DNA of 64,000 bases, from positions 2,760-66,759 of the forward strand of contig JAYSTI010000055.1 of assembly GCA_043719805.1 (NCBI GenBank). Direction: 5' to 3'. The translations under genes were made by a program, and so were the position numbers. A model generated the notes under the pieces. It was not told the DNA's origin, ran no database searches, and saw nothing but the letters and a program-made list of their open reading frames with translations. The stretch comes from Candidatus Lloydbacteria bacterium (GTDB lineage: Bacteria > Patescibacteriota > Minisyncoccia > Phycocordibacterales > UBA6899). Shown one piece after another: positions 1-8,833 of the stretch (its first letter is position 1; each line of letters begins with the position of its first letter).

Positions 1-717
1 AGCTGAGTCGGTGATGCGCTTTCCCATCGCGTCGTAGAGGTAGACATCGTTCAATGTTGTGTCTGACGAGATACCTGTTCTCTTGAACTTGAGCATCGTC
101 ACCTTCGCAGCGGCTGAGCTACCATTCGAGATCTTGAAGACCGCGAGTGATGCTACGCCCTGAGGAGAGATGAGTGTGCGAGAGGTAGGAGAAGAAGCAT
201 CAAGTGACGCCATGACTCCGGTGCCCATAACGACAGGAGTTGTTCCTGGTGTTACTGGTGTTCCCGGTGTCACTACGACCACTGGTGCTGATGCATTCAG
301 TGCTGCGCGTGACTTAGGTCCAACATAGCCTGCTGCGGGCATGATGCCTGCTGCGGTCTGCCATGCTGCGACTGCTGATTTTGTGAGTCCTCCGAAATAT
401 CCCATCGCGACGCCGGCTGGCATCATGAGGTGACCTTTCGAAACGAGAAGTGTCTGAAGTGCGGTGACGTCTGCACCCTTCGATCCCAATGTGAGATCTG
501 CGGAGAAGACGTAGCCTGCAGTTACCGGAGTAACCGTTGTGCCACTCTGTGCAGCCTGAAGGGCTGACACCTGAGCAAGCAGCGCGTTGATCTGAGCTGT
601 AAGATCGCTGATAGCGTCTGCTGATGCGACCGATGGTCCCATCATCATGACTGCAGTTGCGATGCCTACGAATCCAGAAACGACTTTCGCCGTTTTCGTA
701 TTCTTAAAATTCATCAT
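1..717 (-). CDS. Secreted peptidoglycan-binding-domain protein, 3' end cut by the window edge. The N-terminus carries a signal peptide and a PG_binding_1-like motif (LTLGSKGADVTALQTLL...GYFGGLTKSAVAAWQ).
   Basis: By-hand minus-strand translation from the tandem ATGs at 717..712 gives MMNFKNTKTAKVVSGFVGIATAVMMMGPSVASADA..., a hydrophobic signal region followed by a putative PG-binding repeat. The ORF runs off coordinate 1 and is absent from the ORF track because it has no stop in the window. Confidence 0.5.
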   Translation of the reverse strand, partial: MMNFKNTKTAKVVSGFVGIATAVMMMGPSVASADAISDLTAQINALLAQVSALQAAQSGTTVTPVTAGYVFSADLTLGSKGADVTALQTLLVSKGHLMMPAGVAMGYFGGLTKSAVAAWQTAAGIMPAAGYVGPKSRAALNASAPVVVVTPGTPVTPGTTPVVMGTGVMASLDASSPTSRTLISPQGVASLAVFKISNGSSAAAKVTMLKFKRTGISSDTTLNDVYLYDAMGKRITDSA

Positions 718-1360
718 ATATTGTCTGCTTGTTAATGTGCTGTAGATAATACAGCGGCGAACCTACTAATAACTTTCTTATAATCACGGTTAAGTAGTGC
801 ACGATGATATTTCTTTCTCACTGCCGCAAGGCTGGAGCAGAAAATATTTTTCGTCACTGGTCGTTCATTGAATTGAACGAATAACAGAATCCGTGATCCC
901 CTGATTGCTCAGAGAACCATACATCCGCTATTCAGTTTTCAATGAGCTATCCATTTTGCTTTCCTCCATACGGTTCTTCTCGCATTACTGCAAGAAAATG
1001 TATCGCGTTGTTATCTGTACAAACATACAAAGACAGAATAACTCTGCTCTCGAAAGCACAATATAATTATAGTATTTCCCTCACTTTTTCGCTAAGCAAA
1101 TAACGATAAGATTGTGGATAACATTTCGTACAGTAACGCACTGTTTTTAATGCCCCAAAAGAGAATACTTGCGTGCACCATCCCTGGCACACGCAGGGGC
1201 ATAGTACACGCAAGTCCATAGGTAGGTCAAACGATTCTACGGCCTGCCTGCGATGTATTTAGGACGTTCCGGCGGGTCTATCGGACATTAAGGTGCTCAG
1301 CTCTTAACGGTTTCGCCCACCAAAGCCAACGTGGGACCTTTGGCGGCCCCATGCCATAAA

Positions 1361-1392
1361 AGACACTCGCAAAAGTGTCTTTTATTTATGTC
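1361..1392. terminator. Bidirectional intrinsic terminator hairpin (AGACACTC-GCAAAA-GTGTCT) with A-run upstream and T-run downstream
   Basis: Perfect 7-8 bp stem with flanking A/T runs on both strands. It lies about 90 nt downstream of the minus-strand gene ending at 1482. Confidence 0.5.
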
Positions 1393-1481
1393 TTTTATGT
1401 GGGTATTTTGGTACCTAGAAATAGGGCACAAAATATGGGGTATATTCAAGGACTAAATGCCTCCAACGCCCCTCCTAATGC

Positions 1482-2447
1482 CTAGCCTTCGCGGAGGGAG
1501 TATGTAGACCAGCGGCGTTCTCCTTTCTTTACTAGTGTTCCCTCTTCAACCATGGAGAGGAGTTCGCGCTGAATGGTCTTCTCGGAGATACCGGGGATGC
1601 TCTTTGCGATGTCGCCGACAGTGATGGCGGGCTTCTGCTTGATGAGGGCGAGGATGATTTTGCGTCTGTCGTCGCGGGTCACATCGGGGCGCGAGCGGGC
1701 GATGACGTCGCGGTCGGAGATAACGAGGCGAGGGGCAGCCCAAGTACGCTCGGGTTGGGGAGTTGGAATGCTGGGTGCTCGCGGGGAGACTACCGGGATT
1801 TGTTGCATGGGAAATGAAGTGCTTTCCTCTATTGGTATTTTAGGTGCCATTGGTGGAACTACCGGGGTTTGCGACATCGCCAAGGTGACACCTTCCAGGG
1901 CCAAGGAATCACCTTTGCGCTGCGCCGAGACGACACCTTGGGGCTGTGTTGGGGTGAAGTGCTTCTCCTCCCTCACAATTGGCTCTTCCAGTGCAGGCGC
2001 ATCGTGCGGTACTTCAAAGAAACGCTCACTGAGAATCGTCTTGCTGCGCTCTTGCATGCGGCTCCATTCTGCCTCAACACCATCTTTGAGCGCGAGGTAT
2101 TCTTTGCGAAGCATGGAGGCATTCATCTCACTCACCAAATGCGTTGAGGTCGCGACGTCGAGAAAAGAAACGAGCTTCTCAATCTTCTTTAGGACAACGC
2201 GGAGCATGCTCATTTTCTCGCTCGAAGAAGTGGCCGCGGCAACGGTTATGTCGGAAAGTACTTCGACGCCAACCTCACGTGTCTTCCATTTCATCGGCTC
2301 CTTGTCCGGAAGAATGTCTGTGACGATATAAAGCGCGGTGGTAAGCTTCTCGGCCTTTCGGACAATATACCCATAGCCATGAAAGGCTTTTGGCTCATGT
2401 CCAGTGTTATTGCTTCTGTTCTGCTGATTGTCCTTTTGATGTTCCAT
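1482..2447 (-). CDS. DNA-binding protein with a C-terminal winged-helix HTH (DeoR/MarR-like). The N-terminal domain is of unknown function.
   Basis: The C-terminus RKIILALIKQKPAITVGDIAKSIPGISEKTIQRELLSMVEEGTLVKKGERRWSTYSL is a typical wHTH. The plus-strand ORFs overlapping it look like shadow ORFs. Confidence 0.55.
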   Translation of the reverse strand: MEHQKDNQQNRSNNTGHEPKAFHGYGYIVRKAEKLTTALYIVTDILPDKEPMKWKTREVGVEVLSDITVAAATSSSEKMSMLRVVLKKIEKLVSFLDVATSTHLVSEMNASMLRKEYLALKDGVEAEWSRMQERSKTILSERFFEVPHDAPALEEPIVREEKHFTPTQPQGVVSAQRKGDSLALEGVTLAMSQTPVVPPMAPKIPIEESTSFPMQQIPVVSPRAPSIPTPQPERTWAAPRLVISDRDVIARSRPDVTRDDRRKIILALIKQKPAITVGDIAKSIPGISEKTIQRELLSMVEEGTLVKKGERRWSTYSLREG

Positions 2448-2667
2448 ATAGTGTCCTTAAATTGTCCTTACGTAATATCACACATTGTAATAAAAGTCAA
2501 ACGATATCTGTTTTTGTGTCCTTGAACACGGCAGGAGCAATAATTTATGTCTATCATACTCACTGATGCTCAAATGTCCAATAGTGTCTTATTGGGGTGT
2601 GGAATATGATAAAGACTACCTGTGGATAAGTGGCGCTCCGGCAATACACTACTGCGGGACACGCCTT

Positions 2668-2689
2668 CAATTGCCCCAGCGGGCAATTG
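2668..2689. repeat. 22-bp hairpin palindrome CAATTGCCC-cagc-GGGCAATTG in a 700-bp non-coding region between divergent genes. Candidate operator.
   Basis: Perfect 9-bp inverted repeat read directly. It lies in the divergent promoter region between the wHTH regulator gene (minus) and ftsK (plus). Confidence 0.4.
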
Positions 2690-3147
2690 TTGCTCTGCTC
2701 GGTCGGGCGACTTTTCTCAAAGCAGAAAAGACCATGCTCGCCCTTCCCTGCGCAAGTCCCCGCAGCAGTGTATTGCCTCCGCTAGGAGAAAATTCGAATG
2801 TATATCTGTGGGGTCTCTGGCAATGACGTACCGTCCTCACTGGAAAGAGAATGCTGCCGCGGTCCGTGGCCTCTCAAAAAACAATCCCTCGCTCCGCAAG
2901 AACTTATACCATCCCCAACTAATCATTTCCGACAATCCTTCAGAATCTTGGGCTACGATGAGGAGAAAAATCCTCGACATATCCCGATATGCCTCGTATT
3001 TTTCTCACCATCTCGCCACAAGATTCTGAACGCTATCAGAAAGCATTAATTGGGGGTGGTATTATTTGAATATTCATTTTGAAAAAGGAAATTTATCTGT
3101 GAGAATTAACCATGAGGTGCTAAAATCAGAGCAAATTAAATACTGCT

Positions 3148-5466
3148 ATGGCAAAAAAAATAAAAAAGCGAATAGAGAAGAATGGGGAGAAAAAAGAGCG
3201 AAAGAATAACGCTGACTCCACATCAAAAAAGAAAGGGCTCTGGGGAGGACTCCGCGAGGAGACGAGAAATTCTATCATTGGAATTTTGATGTTCATCGTC
3301 GCGGTGGTGTTGCTCTTTTCTGCAATCGGGAACGGCGGGAAACTTGGCGGGACTGTCTACAAGGGAATTCATTTTTTGTTCGGGCTCGGCTACTACGTCG
3401 TGCCGCTTCTCTTTGTGCTTCTCGGCATCAACTTCTTTCGTGCAAGAGAGCGTAGCTTCGCAATGCCCGCGCTTGTGGCAGGGCCATTCTTTATTCTGTC
3501 AGCACTTGGATTGCTTTCGGAAATGAGCATAGCGAGTGGAACTTTGGGATACGGTGGATTCGTCGGCTACTACATTGCGATGCCGATGATAGCACTCTTT
3601 GCCTCCACTCTCACCGCAATCATGCTTGTGACGGTACTCCTCATCGCAGTACTGATTCTCTTTGATATGCCGCTGCATCTTGGGTTTGTACTTTCATTAT
3701 TTAAATTATTGCGCCCGACGAAGCGCGACGAGCTTGTCGGCGATGAGATCGATACAAGCATCGACCCTGAGGAAGCTGCGACCGTGACTATCTCGCTCAA
3801 AAATCCGCCGATAGAGGCGGAGGTTCCTGATGTGGGAGAGATCTCTCCGGCGCCAAAGGCATCGCTTTTTGCGAAGACAAACAAGACTGAGGCAAAAGTA
3901 AGAGCCGACGATGTGCCGTTCCGCTTCAACTCGACACTCCACTCCACATACATTCCTCCCCCGCTCGCACTCCTTGCGCACGATAAGGGAAAGCCGGGAT
4001 TTGGGGACATCAAGGCGAATGCGAACATCATCAAGCGTTCGTTTCAGAACTTCGGCATCCACGTCGAAATGGACGAGGTGTCGGTCGGGCCATCCATCAC
4101 GCGCTATGCGCTCAAGCCAGCAGAGGGAGTGCGCCTTTCGAAGATAACGACACTCCAACACGACCTCGAGCTTGCGCTTGCCGCGGCTCCTATTCGCATC
4201 GAGGCGCCCATCCCGGGGAAATCGCTCGTGGGTATTGAAATGCCGAACACCACAAAGTCGACGGTTGGCCTCGGGACGCTTCTCGCAGAAGCAGAGTGGG
4301 CGGCGAATCCGAATCCACTTTATGTCCCCCTAGGAAAAGGCATCTCCGGACAAGCGCAATTCATGAATATCGCAAAGATGCCGCACGTCATGGTCGCAGG
4401 GGCAACTGGCTCGGGAAAGTCTGTGACGATGCACACCATCATTACCGCGCTGCTGTACAGAAATTCCCCGGAGCTACTGCGCTTCATCATGGTGGACCCA
4501 AAACGCGTTGAGCTTACCCTCTATAATGGTATCCCCCACCTCCTTACCCCAGTCGTGACCGAAGCAAAGAAGGCCATTCTCACACTCAAGTGGGCCACAA
4601 AAGAGATGGACAGACGATATGACGTACTTCAAGAAAACAAAGTGCGAGATGTCGCTTCGTACCATAAAACGATTCTTCAACCGGCGCTTGAAAAATTTGA
4701 GAAACAAAAGGCGGAAGGAAAGATCGGTGAGGGAGAGGAGCCGGAACTGCCGGAACTCATGCCATATATTGTCATAATCATCGATGAATTGGCGGACCTC
4801 ATGTCGGCATATCCTCGCGAGCTTGAGGCGGCCATTGTGCGATTGGCGCAGATGAGCCGCGCTGTGGGAATACATTTGATGATTGCGACACAGCGACCAT
4901 CGGTCAACGTCATCACGGGACTCATCAAGGCAAATATCCCCGCTCGTATCGCACTACAGGTCGCGTCACAGATAGATTCGCGCACCATTCTTGATACATC
5001 GGGAGCGGAAAATCTGTTGGGTGCGGGCGACATGCTTTATCTTTCTGCGGAAATGCCGAAACCTATCCGTCTACAGTCCGCGTTTATTTCCGAGAACGAA
5101 GTGAAGAACGTCGTGAAATTCCTTAAGGATCACTACGACGGGACTTTGGGCGATGAGATAAATGTCACGAAAGATACCGAAAACAGGAACGCCTACTTTG
5201 ACGGCATCCCCGAGGGTGAGATATCGCCGGACAATGACGATGAAGGGGAAGATGACAAATATGATGCGGCAAAAGAACTCGTGATGAAGGAGGGCAAGGC
5301 TTCGACGTCATATTTGCAACGACGACTCGGACTCGGATATGCGCGCGCAGCACGCATCATGGATATTCTTGAGGAAAAAGGAGTAATCGGGCCGGGCGAG
5401 GGGGCGAAACCGCGAACAGTATTGCAGCGAAATGGAGATGAAGGGTTTGGGCGCGAGCCAGAATAG
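3148..5466 (+). CDS. ftsK: DNA translocase FtsK/SpoIIIE
   Basis: N-terminal TM helices, Walker A MVAGATGSGKSV, an FtsK motor region and a C-terminal gamma winged-helix (TSYLQRRLGLGYARAARIMDILEEKGVIGP). Confidence 0.9.
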   Translation: MAKKIKKRIEKNGEKKERKNNADSTSKKKGLWGGLREETRNSIIGILMFIVAVVLLFSAIGNGGKLGGTVYKGIHFLFGLGYYVVPLLFVLLGINFFRARERSFAMPALVAGPFFILSALGLLSEMSIASGTLGYGGFVGYYIAMPMIALFASTLTAIMLVTVLLIAVLILFDMPLHLGFVLSLFKLLRPTKRDELVGDEIDTSIDPEEAATVTISLKNPPIEAEVPDVGEISPAPKASLFAKTNKTEAKVRADDVPFRFNSTLHSTYIPPPLALLAHDKGKPGFGDIKANANIIKRSFQNFGIHVEMDEVSVGPSITRYALKPAEGVRLSKITTLQHDLELALAAAPIRIEAPIPGKSLVGIEMPNTTKSTVGLGTLLAEAEWAANPNPLYVPLGKGISGQAQFMNIAKMPHVMVAGATGSGKSVTMHTIITALLYRNSPELLRFIMVDPKRVELTLYNGIPHLLTPVVTEAKKAILTLKWATKEMDRRYDVLQENKVRDVASYHKTILQPALEKFEKQKAEGKIGEGEEPELPELMPYIVIIIDELADLMSAYPRELEAAIVRLAQMSRAVGIHLMIATQRPSVNVITGLIKANIPARIALQVASQIDSRTILDTSGAENLLGAGDMLYLSAEMPKPIRLQSAFISENEVKNVVKFLKDHYDGTLGDEINVTKDTENRNAYFDGIPEGEISPDNDDEGEDDKYDAAKELVMKEGKASTSYLQRRLGLGYARAARIMDILEEKGVIGPGEGAKPRTVLQRNGDEGFGREPE

Positions 5467-5502
5467 CGCTCGGGCTATCGTGTTTTGAAACTCATGTCAG
5501 TC

Positions 5503-5563
5503 GTCGTACCAACGCAGTACACCTTTTGGCTATTCCAGAAAATAGCTCAAAAGGTCTTGCGCC
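5503..5563. repeat. Copy 1 of an approximately 60-nt direct repeat with an internal hairpin (CCTTTTGG...CTATT/AATAG...CAAAAGG)
   Basis: cgtaccaacgcaGTACACCTTTTGGctattccagaaaatagCTCAAAAGGTCTTGCGCc. The outer stem CCTTTTG/CAAAAGG and inner stem CTATT/AATAG are read directly from the sequence. Confidence 0.5.
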
Positions 5564-5670
5564 ACTCGCCCATCAGAATGGGACCCTCAATCGTGGCTCA
5601 CCCCAGCCGGCGACTGCATTCTCTCTCGAAGGAAAATCCTGCCTCGGAAGGCAGGAACCATGCTTTTCCC

Positions 5671-5730
5671 TCCGTACCGGAGCTGTACACCTTTTGGAGA
5701 TTTCTGAAAATCTCTCAAAAGGTCTTGCGC
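5671..5730. repeat. Copy 2 of the same repeat. The inner stem carries compensatory changes (AGATTT/AAATCT).
   Basis: cgtaccggagctGTACACCTTTTGGagatttctgaaaatctcTCAAAAGGTCTTGCGCt. The outer stem is identical to copy 1 and the inner stem covaries. Confidence 0.5.
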
Positions 5731-5839
5731 TGTGGCACCCACAAAGCTGGGTACCCAATAGCCACAGCTCACTCCTCGGCGGTTTCAAAACTCGATAACC
5801 CTCGCCAAAGAGCCTCGTGGACAGAGTGGATAGAGAAAG

Positions 5840-5878
5840 GAAAAAGAAAAAACCGCGCCATCTTGATGGTGCGGTTTT
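5840..5878 (-). terminator. Intrinsic terminator, strongest on the minus strand: a 10-bp stem followed by TTTTTTCTTTTT on the minus strand
   Basis: aaaaagaaaaaACCGCGCCATcttgATGGTGCGGTtttgg. On the minus strand the hairpin immediately follows the stop codon of the small ORF ending at 5881. Confidence 0.5.
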
Positions 5879-5880
5879 GG

Positions 5881-6108
5881 TTAACGCTTGCGGCGGGCGA
5901 CCTGCTTCGCCTTCTTCTTTTGCCGGCGCTTGAGTGCGATGCGAACGGCCGACGCATTTCCCCTCCCATTTTTGGGCGGGCTTTGATTGGGAAAAAGGCT
6001 GTTCCCCAGGTGCAGCAGTGGTGCCGATTGCGCCGCACTGCCCGCAAAAAGCGTTACAGCAAGTGCTGCGATGGACCTGAAAATTGAAAAGTGGGACATC
6101 GGTGCCAT
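5881..6108 (-). CDS. Small (about 75 aa) predicted secreted peptide with a signal peptide (AQSA cleavage-like site) and a highly basic C-terminus (ALKRRQKKKAKQVARRKR)
   Basis: The ORF ends exactly at the strong minus-strand terminator. The start is uncertain (ATG at 6108 with AAGAGGA immediately upstream, or an upstream GTG), and it overlaps the 3' end of the 6114..6539 gene if the longer start is used. Confidence 0.3.
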   Translation of the reverse strand: MAPMSHFSIFRSIAALAVTLFAGSAAQSAPLLHLGNSLFPNQSPPKNGRGNASAVRIALKRRQKKKAKQVARRKR

Positions 6109-6113
6109 TCCTC

Positions 6114-6539
6114 TTAGGCACCCGACACGCACTGAAGAATCGTGTGCGCATAGGCTTCGATTTCAGCAACGCGCCTTTCAGTGAGCCTCATTTCGGCAAG
6201 CTCAGTCTTGGCAAAATCAACGCAAGCGCTGAGTGACGACTGGAGCTCAACAAACACCTTGTCCTCCATTTCACGGAGCGGAGCAAGTACGGCCTCCACG
6301 CGGAGAGCGAAGGCCTCCTGCTCTGCCATGAGGCGCTCCCAAACGGTCTGTGCGTATTCGTTGGCGGAGTTGTTGGCGTACATCTGCCCTCTCGTCAACT
6401 GAAAGTGCACTTCATTGGAGAGGCCGGTTTCTTTGGCCGAAAAACGAGTGATTTGCATTGCGGTTCCTTCTGTTGTGATGTGCGAGAATTCTGACGCAAT
6501 TATGCTTGCTTTCACATATTTGTCAAACAATTTCCGCAC
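6114..6539 (-). CDS. Hypothetical protein (141 aa)
   Basis: Clean ORF with no recognisable motifs. Confidence 0.45.
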   Translation of the reverse strand: MRKLFDKYVKASIIASEFSHITTEGTAMQITRFSAKETGLSNEVHFQLTRGQMYANNSANEYAQTVWERLMAEQEAFALRVEAVLAPLREMEDKVFVELQSSLSACVDFAKTELAEMRLTERRVAEIEAYAHTILQCVSGA

Positions 6540-6608
6540 ACGGGGGCATGTGTAGGGTACCCCTATACAAGATTTCCGATTTTAGGCATGCTCGTGTATA
6601 TATAGAGC

Positions 6609-6980
6609 ATGAGACTTACGTTCAAAAAGATACTTTCGGTCGGTTCCGGACTCCTCATTGTCCTAATCATCGTGTTCTATGCGTACTATCAATCCCGCTC
6701 CATCATCGCCGGCCCGATTATCGTGCTCTCGGAACCCGAAAACAATACTACGTCGAAAACCGCACTTATTGTCGTGCGCGGCGTTGCAACACACGCAAAG
6801 GAACTAACGCTTCAGGGGCGGCAGATATTCATCGACCTTGAAGGTAGGTTTGCCGAGCAGTTGTTGCTCTCCCCCGGCTACAATATAATAGAACTCACCG
6901 CACGCGACACCTCGGGAAGACAGATAGTAAAAAATCTCGAACTCGTGTACCAGCCCGTTGCGAGTAGTACGCAAATTTAA
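6609..6980 (+). CDS. Hypothetical membrane-anchored protein (N-terminal TM) immediately upstream of recA
   Basis: N-terminal hydrophobic helix SVGSGLLIVLIIVFYAYY followed by a small soluble domain. It is co-oriented with recA, 23 nt upstream. Confidence 0.5.
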   Translation: MRLTFKKILSVGSGLLIVLIIVFYAYYQSRSIIAGPIIVLSEPENNTTSKTALIVVRGVATHAKELTLQGRQIFIDLEGRFAEQLLLSPGYNIIELTARDTSGRQIVKNLELVYQPVASSTQI

Positions 6981-7002
6981 TATTATTTTTAATTAAAATT
7001 TC

Positions 7003-8088
7003 ATGGCAGGTTTTGTAAAAAAAGTGAAAAAGGAGAAATCAGAAGCAGAGCGCTCAGGTACGATGGGTATCGACGCGACCATAAAATCAATCCAGACAAA
7101 ATTCGGCGAAGGGGCAATCATCAAACTGGGAGACGCGCCGAAGGTGAACATCGACTCTATCTCGACCGGCTCTATCGGGCTTGATCACGCACTCGGCGTG
7201 GGCGGGATTCCTCAGGGTCGCATCGTGGAAATATTCGGACCGGAGTCCTCAGGAAAGACGACACTCGCACTCCATATCGTCGCGGAAGCACAAAAGAAGG
7301 GCGGAGTCGCGGCATTCATTGATGCCGAGCACGCACTCGACCCGGACTACGCAAAGAAACTCGGCGTGAAGATTGATCAGTTGCTTCTCGCACAGCCGGA
7401 CACCGGAGAGCAGGCACTCGAAATCTGCGAGTCGCTCGTGCGCTCAGGAAATGTTTCCGTCATCGTCATCGACTCTGTCGCCGCACTTACTCCAAAGGAT
7501 GAAATCGAAGGAGACATGGGTGCGCAGCACGTCGGCAAACAAGCACGGCTCATGTCACAAGCACTCCGTAAATTGACGGCAATCGTTTCCAAGACTCATA
7601 CCACCGTCATCTTCATCAATCAGATACGCATGCAAATCGGCGTAATGTTTGGTAACCCCGAGACCACCCCGGGAGGAAAGGCGCTCAAGTTTTACACCTC
7701 GGTGCGCATCGACATTCGTAAAATTGCGCAGATAAAAAAGGGCGAGGATGTCATCGGTAGCCGCACACGTGCCAAGGTAGTCAAAAATAAAGTTGCGGCG
7801 CCGTTCAAGCAAGCGGAATTCGACCTTGTGTACAACGAAGGCATCTCTCGAGAAAGTGAAATGCTGATGTTCGGAGAAAAGTACGGTCTCATCAAGAAAA
7901 TGGGTTCATCGTATTCGTACGGAGACCTCAAGATTGGACGCGGATATGATTCAGCCCGAGTGTTTCTCAAGGAAAACAAGGCTGTATCGAAAGAAATAGT
8001 AAAAGAGATATTGAAGCAGATGAAGACTGATGATTCTTTCAGCGTTTCGGGAAGTGCGGCGGAGAAAGAAGAGGGGGCGCCCGAATAG
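7003..8088 (+). CDS. recA: Recombinase RecA
   Basis: [36 protein letters not shown], Walker A, and full-length conservation of RecA. Confidence 0.95.
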   Translation: MAGFVKKVKKEKSEAERSGTMGIDATIKSIQTKFGEGAIIKLGDAPKVNIDSISTGSIGLDHALGVGGIPQGRIVEIFGPESSGKTTLALHIVAEAQKKGGVAAFIDAEHALDPDYAKKLGVKIDQLLLAQPDTGEQALEICESLVRSGNVSVIVIDSVAALTPKDEIEGDMGAQHVGKQARLMSQALRKLTAIVSKTHTTVIFINQIRMQIGVMFGNPETTPGGKALKFYTSVRIDIRKIAQIKKGEDVIGSRTRAKVVKNKVAAPFKQAEFDLVYNEGISRESEMLMFGEKYGLIKKMGSSYSYGDLKIGRGYDSARVFLKENKAVSKEIVKEILKQMKTDDSFSVSGSAAEKEEGAPE

Positions 8089-8317
8089 TGGTCACTCGGG
8101 AAGTAAGTGATTTCGGAGCAACCTTGCCACCTCCCTGCGGGTGGCAAGGCGGTCCTCGACGAATTTCGCCAGCTGCTGGCGAACCAGGCAATTCGTCTGT
8201 GGAGTCTCCAAAATCACTTACTCCCCTCGCTTAAGAGGAAGATTCTCCCGGCAGGCAAACCCGTGCGGAAATTCACAAAACTAACCACCATCATTTTAAA
8301 GCAATGTATTAAAAAGA

Positions 8318-8345
8318 CCCCCACTTGTGCGGGGGTTTTTGCTGT
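8318..8345 (+). terminator. recA terminator: G/C hairpin (CCCCCAC...GCGGGGG) followed by TTTTTGCTG
   Basis: aaagaCCCCCACttgtGCGGGGGtttttgctg, located 230 nt after the recA stop. Confidence 0.45.
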
Positions 8346-8359
8346 CTGTGTCTCGAATG

Positions 8360-8713
8360 TTATGGATAGTGGTCTTCGAGCTCCACCGTTGCCTTCATGC
8401 TCGCATCGTATACCGCGCGATCGAAAACGGAGAGTGACGATTCATCAGAAACGCTAAACTGCAGAAGGATGTAGGCCGAATGACGCTGGAGCGCATCAAA
8501 TATCCGCCTCATGTGCAACGAGAGCTCCGCCTTCTGTGCGTGCGGGAGCGCTGAAAGCGACTCCGCTTTGTAGTGCGAGAGAAAATCTCTCATTGCCTTG
8601 CATTGCGGAACACCTGCATATTCTCGCACCGCAGTTCGGTATGTGGCAGCAAGACTGGAAGCGGCAAACTGCAACCGCATGTCAACGACGTCGCCCATGA
8701 TGGCACTCCTCAA
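8360..8713 (-). CDS. Hypothetical protein (117 aa)
   Basis: ORF only. Confidence 0.4.
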   Translation of the reverse strand: MRSAIMGDVVDMRLQFAASSLAATYRTAVREYAGVPQCKAMRDFLSHYKAESLSALPHAQKAELSLHMRRIFDALQRHSAYILLQFSVSDESSLSVFDRAVYDASMKATVELEDHYP

Positions 8714-8833
8714 AAAATGTCTCTATTTGCATTAAAGCACCACGGCGGCAATTGTCCATGGGTATTCATAAAAAACAAAAAAACGCTTGGATGGGGCGCT
8801 TTTTTGACAATATATGATGTGGGTCCGAACTTG

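Noticed and set aside
1205-1230. GCAAGTCCATAGG resembling the RNase P RNA P4 region (GGAAAGUCCGGGCUCCAUAGGGCA)
   Set aside because: Only a short partial match. The available non-coding space is too short for RNase P RNA and the other universal motifs were not found by eye.
1573-2331. 252-aa plus-strand ORF (and other long antisense ORFs such as 44371-44973, 45244-45912, 25358-26020 and 36457-37021)
   Set aside because: Shadow ORFs inside well-supported genes on the opposite strand (wHTH regulator, ftsH, ileS, island gene 2). GC-rich coding regions commonly produce long antisense ORFs.
2807-2835. GGGGTCTCTGGCAATGACG resembling the 5' end of tmRNA (GGGGCUGAUUCUGGAUUCGACGGG)
   Set aside because: No matching 3' tRNA-like end (T-arm, complementary acceptor strand, CCA) within 300-400 nt, and ftsK starts 340 nt downstream. 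No tag-peptide reading frame was found.
2566-3049. Three overlapping plus-strand ORFs (86-135 aa) in the regulator-ftsK intergenic region
   Set aside because: Low-complexity Arg/Ser/Pro-rich translations with no hydrophobic core. They are most likely non-coding.
5503-5730. Possible CRISPR array
   Set aside because: Only two repeat copies, a spacer of about 110 nt that itself contains a hairpin, imperfect repeat identity and no cas genes nearby.
5485-6087. 200-aa plus-strand ORF downstream of ftsK with an internal peptide repeat (YTFWLFQKIAQKVLR / YTFWRFLKISQKVLR)
   Set aside because: The peptide repeat is produced by the two DNA hairpin repeats, whose inner stems show compensatory base changes (selection on structure, not codons). 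The composition is Arg/Ser/Cys-rich and not protein-like, and a strong minus-strand terminator lies inside the ORF.
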